64,000 nucleotides of DNA from Camelus dromedarius. Lineage: Eukaryota. This document shows, in pieces, positions 1 to 10,785 of this stretch; within the stretch, counting starts at the first letter, position 1; the number at the start of each line of letters is the position of its first letter. The notes beneath the pieces were generated by a model. That model made no database searches, was not told the origin of the DNA, and worked only from the letters and a program-made list of their open reading frames with translations. A program made the position numbers and the translations under genes. The stretch lies in NCBI RefSeq assembly GCF_036321535.1, contig NC_087437.1, forward strand, positions 38,070,001 to 38,134,000, read 5' to 3'.

Positions 1-564
1 ACTAATGCTTGTATTTTTTTCACCTACATTTATATTCTATTTGTTAAACTTAAGGTCATTTATAGGAACACTGCAGCTAACATTTACTGTTTTAGTCCTT
101 ACAAATTTCTCACCTAATTCCTAAGGGGGAGGAAAGGATCTGAAGCAATTGAACATTGATGCTGTCATGATAATAATAAAATAAATCCTAGGGGATTTGA
201 ACCCTGACCCTTTTGTAAAGTCATCAAAATGTTTCAGTTAGGTTAATTATGATAATGTACCACAAATAATTACAGAATCAGAGGGTAAGGACTTTTTTCT
301 TCAATCTGGAAACCACATGAACTATTATCTGTCAGGAAATCTAATTATAAGCCTGATGATAATTGGACTAGATGGCCAGATGACAGTGTTTCACAAACTT
401 AAACTTGTCTCTGCATGTCAGGATGTCTAATTTTAGTCTGTTCTCTGCCCTGACCTCTGTACCATTAACCAGGCAGGTATCAGTATGCTAACACGTTAAA
501 ATTGTAAGTTTGCAACCAAATGCATTTCCTAAGCATATTTAATGACTGCTTTCAATAATTCATG

Positions 565-745
565 GTGAAGGCAGCCTGGTGAATGGATGATAGGAGGAAA
601 TGGAAGCTAATAGTCTGGAGTCTTGGTTAATCTTTGTTCTGTCACCTATTAGCTCCAATTCACTTTTCTTCCATGGCCCACACTCTTCTCATCAGAAAAT
701 GTTAGATAGTGTCATCATTTCAGCAAACTTTCATTCTAATATTAG
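565..745 (+). mobile_element. Degenerate MIR SINE fragment
   Basis: MIR-core-like text: ...tctgtcacctattagct...ctcttctcatcagaaaatg.... Confidence 0.4.
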
Positions 746-2119
746 CATCCATATACTTCACGCTTTGTCAGTGTTCACTTTAAACCTATCTTTAACTGCT
801 ACCCTTTTGGTTTATTTAAGACATCACTTATGAAGAGGTGTGTTGTAATTAAGTTTTAGAATACTTATTCTAAGTTGAAAAATATGATTAAAAATAAATT
901 CAAGTGTAATTTGAAAATGAATTTCTTGGTGAAAGGATTTGCACAAACTCTATAAAATGAGAACAGACGCATGCTAGGTTCCTACACAGAGCTGCAGTGT
1001 GAAGGAGCAGTGGCCCTCCACTTACCATTTCTTCCACTTTTCTTCAGTTTTTCTATTACCTTTTGAAAACTTAAAATGATCCCAGAAGAAGGAAAAAAAG
1101 AGCACACAAAGAAAATACACTTGTCTGAAAAATAAGTGGGGTTAAAATGTTATTTCAATCACTTTATTTCTTGTGTCATTTATAAATAAACACGATCGAA
1201 ATATACCTATTTAACACCAAATATTATTAAATCAACTTGGCATTATAAATATTAGAAAATGAATTATTATTAAGTCATTCCTACCAGTATAGTGAAGTTA
1301 GAGCAATGCATATGAAACACCCTTCCTCTATATTACTGGAATACAGCAATAAAGTTCATTGCTTTAGAAACCTGGCAAATCTGTACTTTCTGATGATTGC
1401 ATTTACAATTTAGCACTCAGAGGCATGTCTATTTTACATTCTCCCAATTATTCCAAAAAATCTTGTGCACTAAGAAATTATGGCTTAGCATTTCATTTAA
1501 GCTCACCTACTTTCAGTACAAATATCAAGAACTGTTCTTATTTCCTTTTTACAGATCAGTGAGCCAAGGGACTGAAAGTTTAGTAATGTATATTTGTTAC
1601 TATTTAATAAAGCGTTACTTCTGTGATAAAATCCCTTACACTGTAAGGGAATAAATAATAAAGTACATGAGAATGGCAGCAGGTGCACTGCTGTAAAGTT
1701 ACTTAAAAATACTTTGTTAAGTAACTTATTGGTGTCATGATATCAAAACAGGAAATAATCAAAGGGACTTGTGTCATATAATTTATTTCTGGCAAAAAAA
1801 AATGAGTTAGGAAACATTAACCAGTTCAGATGGGTCTCTGAATAAATGAATTCTCACCAAAAAGACAGAAGCACATTAATTGCCTCAATTTTGCAGTTTA
1901 CCTTTATTTATTTGAAAGTGTGCTTGATTAATGTTGAGCCAGGAAATTAAACAATTGTGCATTTTTGGGAGGAAGCCAAGTTTAATCTTAGATAAGAATA
2001 GAGTGAAGTAGTTTATGCCTGGTAGGGAAAAAAACTGAAAATTTTAAAAGAAAATGAGAAATGCAATTTTCTGTTGATATTAAACTTTATTTCAATGTGT
2101 CAGTAAGGGAGATATATTT

Positions 2120-2200
2120 ATAGCCCCACTTTATAGATAAGGAAAAACAGTAAGGAATTTTAAATAACTTGCTTAAGGTTATATACAAAGGATCTATAGA
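2120..2200 (-). mobile_element. MIR fragment
   Basis: ccccactttatagataaggaaa...aaataacttgcttaaggtt matches the reverse MIR core. Confidence 0.5.
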
Positions 2201-2239
2201 AGATGAACACTGGACGCCTCAAGGCTATCACTTAGGATG

Positions 2240-2300
2240 GGGGAGACTGTGTGACTGCACTGTGAATGGCTCCCCTTGAAGTTGTGCACTCAAGGAGCTC
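2240..2300. mobile_element. MER91-like hAT fragment
   Basis: gtgaatggctccccttgaagttgtgcac resembles the MER91 arm GTGAATGGCGCCCCCTGGAGTTGTGCA as recalled. Confidence 0.4.
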
Positions 2301-2959
2301 TGAGTGTAGCACCCAGAGAGGATACAGTAAATAAAAGGTGCTCTGCAACAGCAGAGGCAACTGGAGAGGTCCTGGAACCATGATCCTCCTCTCTCTGACA
2401 TTATGCTACTAAATGCATTTTGGATTATTTTCCTTCTTTAGCTGTTCTCATCTCTCTGACAAATCAAGTTTGATTTCACCAACTTCCTGTATTACTGGGG
2501 TAGTGCTGAAAATATGTCATTAAGGGCTGGCTAATTTAATCTACTGGTCATCAAGTTACTGACTGGATAAATAATTGATGGATATATGTTATATTGGTAT
2601 TTCAACACATAGTCTCCTAGAATACTGGACATGATGCACATATGGACCTGTCTGCTTTTTGCGTAAGGCTTTAAATTCGTTTTTAGAGATGGGATTGAGG
2701 GAAAAGCAGGAGCAAGTAAAGTACATAGAGGTGGTAACTCCAATTAGCAAAGGCATAAATTATACTGTGGCTTCAATTTTGGAAGAAATCTCAAACACTG
2801 CAACTAAAGATACCAAATTTGAATACCATTTAGAGCTTTCATATGATAATGTTTTCTTTATTTTTGCCAAGAAGTCAAATTAAAAAGGTTTTTTATATAA
2901 TCTTAGAAATTGGCAAGATCTTTTAAGATTCTCTTAAAGCACAAATGCAGGGAGGGGTT

Positions 2960-4690
2960 GGGTTTTCATCTTCATCCATGATGGAGTAATTGAAACTGGA
3001 TTGACTCCCCCCCCATAAACAATTATTTTCTGGACCAAAACAAACAAAACAAAACAAGAAAAACCAAGGCAATATGTTTCAAGAACTGGATACCACATAG
3101 TACAAGTCTATGATGTTTGAGAGAAGGGGAACTTTAAGGTGAGTCCATGTTTACTGTGGTTATTCACGTGAGGACACTTTGTTGTCCAGGATGCAGGGAG
3201 CTTGAGCCTAACACTAAGGTTAAAAGACAGAAATAAGAGTTGAGGGATATAGAAGAAACCAGAATCTATGGGACAGGTCTCCCTGTGATTTTAAAAAAGA
3301 AAAAAAAATAGTTCAATCGAAGTCAAATAAAGGAAGGTATTTTCAGATAAAAGAAAGGTGAGAGAATTTGAAAGTAGCCAACCTGCACAATGAGAAATCC
3401 TACAGGATGTTCTCCAGCACCAAGGGAAATGTTGCCAGATGAAAACTAGAATCCACAGGAAAGAGCAAAGAACATTGGAAATGGTATACACACGGGTAAA
3501 CATAAAAGATTATTTTTCTTTTCTTTTATGAATGTGCATTAATATAATTGATTGTATAAAGCAAATAACATGTAGGAAGGATTTTATATTATACATTGTA
3601 TAAACATATGACAACAATATAAAAAAGTTGGAGAATACATGAAACTATATTGTTTGTTACATCTGTGAGTTGTACCAGTGAAATGGAAAATGGGAAACAT
3701 GAATTGTTCTGAAAGTGGGAAATGTCAGTTGCAAAGCACAAAGTGCTTCAATATTAACTCTAAGTAGACAGTTACAAGTTACAGAAACAATTGTTAGCAT
3801 TAAAGCAAACCCTGGGGGAAAAAATTAAAGGCAAAACTATATATATATATATATAAAACTGAATCACTTTGCTGTACACCTGAGACTAACACAACATTGC
3901 AAATAACCCATACTTCAATAAAAATTTTAAAAATTCCGAGATGGTAGATTTAAACAAAACATATTGATAATTACATTAAATGTCAAATAGATTAATCACA
4001 TCAACTGTAAGATTTTTTTTAAAAATATAGGTGGATTGGAATAAAAGGATGGAACAAAATATATTACTCAAACTTAAGCATGGGAAACTTGATGTATCTA
4101 TCTTAATATTAGGCAAAGCCAACTTCAGGACAAAGAGAGAGATTTCATAATGATAAAGCAGTCAATCAGAATAAATAATCCTAAATGTGCACAAAATTAA
4201 TAGTATAGATTTAAAATACTAAAAGGCAAATTAGCAGAACTAAATGGGGAAATAAGTAAAACCACAACTATAGTTGAAGATGTGGAATACCCTTCTCAGT
4301 ATTTAAAACAAGTAGACAAAAATACTAGGAAGAATAGTAAAAGACCTGAGCCACCATGAACTAATTAATTTACAGAATACACTGCACCAAATAATCAGAG
4401 AACACACATCCTTTTCAAGAGCACATAAAATAATCACCTATATGGATCATATGCTGGGTCATAAAATAATTCTCAATATATTTCAAAGTGGAAAATCTTA
4501 CAGAGTAGAGTCTCCTCTGAGAACCAAATTAAATCATAAATCTACAACAAGATATCTAGTAATTATCCAAATATTTGGAAGTTAAATAAGAGACAACTAA
4601 ACAATCAATTAACCAAAAAAAAAAAAAAAAAAACCACAAAGAAAACTTCAAAATTATTTTGAAGTTAATCCTAATGAGAAATACAATATA
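2960..4690 (+). mobile_element. Old, decayed L1 (L1M-type): ORF1 3' end, inter-ORF spacer and ORF2 endonuclease start; antisense to BCHE
   Basis: A-rich plus strand. 3330-3440 resembles the ORF1 end. 3960-4010 ataattacattaaatgtcaaatagattaa is a decayed ITLNVNGLN start of ORF2. gatcatatgctgggtcataaaa at ~4445 resembles the endonuclease DH motif region. Confidence 0.7.
3836..3935 (+). mobile_element. Short 3' end of a younger L1 nested in the old L1
   Basis: (TA)n followed by aactgaatcactttgctgtacacctgagactaacacaacattg...tacttcaataaaaa. It is the reverse complement of the L1 tails at 28348 and 49053. Confidence 0.75.
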
Positions 4691-4843
4691 CACTAAACTT
4701 ATTATTTAAGAAGAAAAATTTATTAAAACAATTTATGACCCATGAACTTGAAAACTCATTTTACTGAATGATAATTGCAACTCTTAGTTCTACTTTTTTA
4801 TTTTCTCAATGTGTCAGTATGGGGTTATGTGGCAGTAAAAACC

Positions 4844-5065
4844 TGCAGTTTCTCAATCTTGGCGTTACTGACATTTGGAATGAAGAATTCGCTGCTGCTG
4901 GGGGCTGTCCTGTGCATTGTAAGATGTTTAGCAGCATCCCTGGCCTCGGTGGCTCCCCAACTCCCAGCAGTGACACACAAATAACTCCAGACATTGTTAA
5001 ACGTCCCTGGTAAGAGCAGTGGAGGGGAACCAAGAGGAAGAATCGCGCTGGGTTGAGAACCACAG
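4844..5065 (-). mobile_element. MER20 (hAT-Charlie) DNA transposon
   Basis: Ends are cagtttctcaa... and ...ggttgagaaccacag. The interior ggggctgtcctgtgcattgtaagatgtttagcagcatccctggcctc is characteristic of MER20. Confidence 0.85.
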
Positions 5066-5930
5066 TTAGAACATCATGTTTGTGGTCAAATGTGGGTAGA
5101 TTTCCAAACCTAACACTTAAACTCCCTGCTTCCATGAAGTTTACTTAATCATTCTAAGTGTCTATATTTATTCTTAGGTCTATTCTGAAAAAAGACAATG
5201 CACACCAGGAGATTAACATTATGTTTGCCATCAAGTCAACTCTCAACATACATGACATGCTCTTATTATCTCTGTTCAACTGTGCAAATATGGAGTATAA
5301 AGAAACTCACCAACTAAAATGACATCTTGCTATGGCTAAACTACTTTGAAAAGTTTACTTTAATCTTTATGGTTTATAACTTTGTTTATATGCATTTATC
5401 ATTATAATTAAAATGTGTCAACCTTCATTTATTTCCCATTAAAATATGCTAATCATAGAAGCAGATTAGGATTAAACAATCCATTATCCTATCAAGTGTC
5501 AAATATTATCTTCTTTGATCTGTTGCTCTCTGTGTGCCATAAAAATTGCATTTACCACATCTGGTTGTCAGGTTCTCCACCGTGACATGAGAAAATAGAA
5601 ATTCCTTGATGATTTAAACATGCAAAATATGAAGTCCTTTAAAAATTACAAACATCAATAATTTTAAGAAATACTTCCCCTTAAATTATTGACAATCTCT
5701 AGAATTGCAAGAAAGAATTAAAAACATATTCAAATGATTGGCTATGCCTTTAGGGAGAGAACAGAGTAAAATATAAGTAATTCTAACACAGCTCTAGAAA
5801 TTAGATGATCCTTCTTAAGCAGAAATTTAGGCTGATGTTGAGAAGGGATAAGAATAAGAAATTGCACAGCTGCAAATAATATAATAGCCCTCATATCTTG
5901 AAAAAATATTTTTTACTCATACTGGCTTTT

Positions 5931-6370
5931 ACTCATTCAATCATTAACCAAATATTTGTTAAGTGTGACATATACCAATGTCAATACTTTAATGAGTATC
6001 CAATAAAACCATAACTTCTTTCTCAAGAAGCCAGTTTCAGAATATAATGAAAGACAGCCTATAGACAAGTGACAGTCAGTGACTTCTGTGAGAGTGAAAA
6101 AGAGGTCTGGGGCAATTACAGCTCTAGGAATCAAAGATATGCCATATGAAACATGTAGTTGGTCAAAATCTTAACGAAGTAGTAAAGAGAAGTAAACCTT
6201 CTAAGCAGAGCACAGAGCAAGAACAAGGCTCTGAAGTGTAAGCTTGGAATCTTTGGTCTTAATGAGATAGCTGATCTACCAAACAGCTGGGTATGGGGGA
6301 TTTGAGTTGCAGTAAGATCACAGAGGATCAATGTCAAGATTAATGTCAGGTGGAAGAATTTTAGCTTTAC
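5931..6370 (-). mobile_element. L2 LINE fragment
   Basis: Begins actcattcaatcattaaccaaatatttgttaagtg (reverse L2 3' end), followed by purine-rich L2-like body. Confidence 0.5.
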
Positions 6371-7475
6371 ACCCAGCAAATAAATGTGAAAATTTTTCAG
6401 AAGAATTATACCACACAAGTACTTTGTAGAAACATACATACAGTAACATGGAGGACCATGAATTCCAAATGGAAGACAGAAAAGAAAACCAGAAAGCAAT
6501 ATCGTTTTCAACATTCTTTTCAATTATGAAAGACAAGATGATGGATTGGATTAGCACATCAACCAGTTTGTGAGTTTGTGTAACCACTTTTAAAGAAAGA
6601 GATGCCCACATTTCTATTTTTTAGTTATTCTCATTGATACAAATTATTCCAATGCATAAAATTCAATTTGGGGTTAGAAGCATAGTGAAAAAAACTTTGT
6701 TTTATATACACATAAAATATAAAAAAATAGAAAATATATTCAGAGATTATTTTCTTCTGCCTATTGACAACAGAACATCACAATACTTACAACATATAAG
6801 GGAGAATATGTTCTTTTGTAACGTCTCTGATTATATGTCCCCCTTAGGACCACTCAAGTAGAAAATAGCTTAGCTAAACAAGAGGAACCTTGTAGCTCTT
6901 TTCCAACCCAGGTTACACGAAAGCTCTAAACAAATGTGTTAGGGAATAAAAAAATGATAAAATGGCAACTCTGTATTTTGGGTAATCTGAGGATCAACCT
7001 TATCACCATTTGTCGTTTGATTTTCCTGAGCAGGCATGTGCTTCTTTGTGTATCGGGTACCAATGTCCCACTGCGTCAGTGCATGAGAACAAGACATATA
7101 TTCCTACTCTTTCCTAAACATGTGAACATTCTCAACTTTCAGGTTAAACAGCATGGTTGCAATTTTAGTTCTCGAGGTAAACATCTATTTTCATATAAAT
7201 GTTGACTAAAGTACTAAAGTACTTTGCAGTATTTTGGAAATGAAATCAGAAAATATTTTTCATAAGAGTTCTTTGATTATTTCTTTTAAGCACTCTGATG
7301 CAAGGAATTGAAATGCACTACATAATAAAAAACAAAACCAGCTTAAGCTATGAAGAGAAGAAATAATCAAAATGTGTGTGTCCCTTTAATGAAGTCTATA
7401 CTGGAGACCAGGCAAAGCTCAGCAAAACAAAACAAGCAAAACTCAATGAGAAGAATTACAAAAATTGGCACTTAC

Positions 7476-8992
7476 CCATATTTTGCAAAATTTGCCCAAC
7501 GTTTCATAATGGATCTACTCAAAATTTCCTCAGCTTTTGTGTAATTAACTCTTCTTTCCAGAGGTAAACCAAAGACAAATTCAATCTCATAACCATGCAT
7601 CACTCCCATCCATTCTGGCCAAGGGAGTTTGGAGGATCGGTGTTCAAAATAGTAGAAGAAGGCATTATTCCCCATTTCTGAGAACTTTTTGGTGAACTCC
7701 AAGGCAGGGCATATAATGTTATAATCCCCAACAACATCATCCAAGGCTTCACGGTAGTTTTCAGCTCTCTGATCATCTAACCAGTCCATGTAGTGGAAAA
7801 GGATTGATTCCTTTCCAAATGCACTCACTCCTGGGAAAAATATTTTTAAACCTTCTTGAAATTCTTTTCTACTTATAATACTGTTGTTATCTTTGCTGAA
7901 ACCAGGAGCACCATATACTAAAAATGCTGTCCCTTCGTCTTTATTAACACCCACCAAGATCTGGGTTTTTTTGAACTGTCCAAGTTGGAGTAGTGTGCCT
8001 GGCATGTCAGTGAGAAAATCACCATCGACAGTTGGACCAAAGTTTACTGACAAGAGCATATCATAGGGAACAACAAATACTTCATTCAGAAGAATATCCT
8101 GGGGATCTTTATTTCGAAGACATTTGATAATCTCAGTCTCATTTTCTCTAGAGCAACCAATAAACTTAGCTAAGGTCAATGTTCTGTTCCTAGCTTCATA
8201 AGGAGATGTCACTGCCCAAGGGGCGTTAGACGATCCACTTTGCAGGATGGCTCTGCTGAACAGAGGGTGGCTTCTAGGAGAAAGTAAATGAAAGCTAACT
8301 GAAGCTGCTCCTGCACTTTCTCCAAAGAGAGTGACACTTTTAGGATTTCCACCAAAGGCTGCTATGTTTTTTTGGACCCACTGAAGTGCCAACTGTTGAT
8401 CAAATAAGCCCATGTTCCCTGGTGCTTCAGGATTTCCTGGTAAGGCCAAGAAGCCCAGGGCCCCCACCCTGTAGTTCATTGAAACCACGATAACTCTTTC
8501 AACCCGCGCCAAAAACTTGCCATCATAAACATGTAAAGATGATGTTCCAGTCTGAAAACTCCCACCGTAGATCCATACCATTACAGTCGCATTTTTTGGT
8601 TTAGGTGCTGGAACCCACACATTCAGATATAAACAGTCTTCACTGAGGTCAGTGTTTGGGTTCCACATCTCGGATCCAAGGAAGCCTGGGAAACTTTGAT
8701 CTGTTTTCTGACAGCAAGAATTTGCGTACTTTGTGGCATTCCAAATATCAGACCATTTGGTCAAGGACTGTGGCTTTCTGAATCGAAGTCTGCCAAGAGG
8801 TGGCTGTGCATAGGGGATTCCAAGAAAGGCTGTTACTGTGCCACCAAGAACTGGCAGGTTCATCCCTCTGACTCTTCCATTCTTGGTGGTAATTATGGTG
8901 TCTTCTTCAGTATGTGACTTCCCAACAAGGGCCCAGAGCAGAAGAAACCGCAAGAGAAGCTGGATGTATCTGATTGTACCCTCGCTCTGCAT
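7476..8992 (-). CDS. BCHE: Butyrylcholinesterase, coding part of exon 2 (28-aa signal peptide plus mature residues 1-478; CDS continues in exons outside the window)
   Basis: The 506-aa ORF has the cholinesterase motifs [16 protein letters not shown] (Ser198 codon 8315-8317), NKDEG (Glu325 codon 7934-7936) and [15 protein letters not shown] (His438 codon 7595-7597). The mature N-terminus is [11 protein letters not shown]. Aliphatic acyl-pocket residues L286/V288 and A328 indicate BChE rather than AChE. It ends at donor TATGG|gtaagt (intron starts 7475). Confidence 0.98.
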
Positions 8993-9000
8993 ATTGGTTT
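7476..9000 (-). other. BCHE: BCHE exon 2 (1525 nt, including 8 nt of 5' UTR)
   Basis: Acceptor on the minus strand is ...ctctttttcAG|AAACCAATATG (AG at 9002-9001) and the donor GT is at 7475-7474. The size matches the 1525-bp human exon 2 as I recall it. Confidence 0.95.
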
Positions 9001-10073
9001 CTGAAAAAGAGGTAAGCAGGCAGTTTTAACAGTGTCTGGTATTATATTTTATTGATGATAATTAACTAAAATATAGTAGTTCTTATTAATCCTACAAATT
9101 ACGAAAAATAATAAATCTGCTATTGCTATGAAGGTTTACATAAAGTAGAATATGGTTGGAGATATTTCAGTTTTCAATTTAGAAAAGAAATAAGTGAAAG
9201 GGAAAATTAGAAACTATTTCACTTTGGAATGATTTATTTTCAAACTTGTGTAAGATTTAGTATTTCAAGGAGGAAGTTTGTCCCAGGCATAAGTATGTGT
9301 GTATACCACACACAGCACCACCGAAGGTGGCATTAAGTGGTAGTCTACTTATGATAGATATTAATAGATAAAATTTCTACCATGGTTAGAGCAGGAAATA
9401 CAGGCTCATGTGTTGTCTGAAATATATACAGTTCTAATCATGGCTGGCTGGCTCTTGACAGAACTGGGAAGTAGGTTAAGAACCTTGGAGGATCCTCTAT
9501 TATTGTCTTTTTCTGTTTCCACAATCCTTTCTGTGCTCCTTTTTGCTTAGTGGTTTCTTCCTCTAAACAATCGCAGTCTATGGTCAGAAGAGAATTTGGA
9601 CAAGCTATTCACAGAATATTAAGGAAAAAAAATACACTAGCTGTTATTTATTCTACAAATTGTGAAAACTAACAAATTTGCGATCGCTATAAAGGCCTAT
9701 GGGTAAAATTGGAAAGGGAAAGCCATGGATGTATACCAGACAATTTCTCTGAAACTAAATAACCATGAAGGGCTTTCCTACCTGAATTATATTGTCAGTG
9801 GAGAAACTGGCTGAGAAAGTAATGTGTGGGAGAAGAAGCTGACTTAGAAGAAATTTTACACTCAAGGGGTTACTCTATGCATGTCTGTTAATTTGTTAAT
9901 TGGAGAAAATCTGTGCAACTAGGGAGGTTAAACATGTTAGCATGGTCAGATTTACCTGTATTTTGATAGTGGACAAAATGAGTGAAATAAAAGGACTAAA
10001 ACTGAGAATTATTGAGAAAAATGGGGGGAAGCAAAAGTAGTATTTGAGACTTACCCAATCATTACTATTTGAC

Positions 10074-10128
10074 ATTTCATCAAATAAATATTATTTGATA
10101 ATATATAATAATATTTATTTGATGAAAT
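10074..10128. repeat. Perfect 22-bp inverted repeat with 11-nt spacer
   Basis: 10074-10095 atttcatcaaataaatattatt is the exact reverse complement of 10107-10128 aataatatttatttgatgaaat. Confidence 0.9.
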
Positions 10129-10654
10129 AAAGAGACTATTTGGGGAGATCAGAGTTTATTAAAAAGTCATAATGCACACTTGAGATTCTTTTAAATAAAA
10201 AAATTAAATCAGATTCTGAAACTCTAAGTGACAAAGAGGAACAGAAAAATGTAATGAAGGTATAATTTGAAAGAACTAACATCTTCATACAGCTGAAAGA
10301 AGAAAGAAAACCTGCTTAAAACTGTCAAATACAAATACTAATTCTCATCCACATAGCAAAGGTCCATAAATGTATAAAATATTTTATTATGTTTTGATAC
10401 TGTAATTATAAATACAAACTATTTGTCCAAGAAGCTAATACTGTCACCACTGAGAATTTGTATCAGTTTTTTTTTTTCTTTTTTAAATTTAGATTGCCTT
10501 CAGAGCACTATCTTGATAATTGTCCCAGATTTAGGGTCTTCATATTCACTGCTCAGGATAGCTGGCAATCAAAAAGTATTTTCTGATTGCCTCCAAATAT
10601 CTAAATAAATGAATTCATTGTGTACACTATTTTGTTCAGTGTCCAGTACTTATG

Positions 10655-10785
10655 GATATATCTCTACCTCTACCTCTGTTTCTGTCTCTGTCTCTGTCTA
10701 TGTCTATGGCTGTGCCTGTATCTATACCCAATTCTATAACTATCCATAGGTTTATGCATATATATACACATATATATCTATACAT
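10655..10785. repeat. Low-complexity (TCTCTG/TCTATA)-like simple repeat
   Basis: tctctacctctacctctgtttctgtctctgtctctgtctatgtctatg.... Confidence 0.6.

Larger units (their letters stand above)
1..7475 (-). other. BCHE: BCHE intron 2 (partial, continues beyond window start)
   Basis: Starts at donor gtaagt 7475. I found no exon-3-like sequence (NPN... continuation) within the window. Confidence 0.85.

Noticed and set aside
7472..7475. Apparent stop codon making BCHE a 506-aa truncated protein or pseudogene
   Set aside because: The TAA is part of the splice donor GG|gtaagt. The CDS normally continues in exons 3-4 beyond the window.
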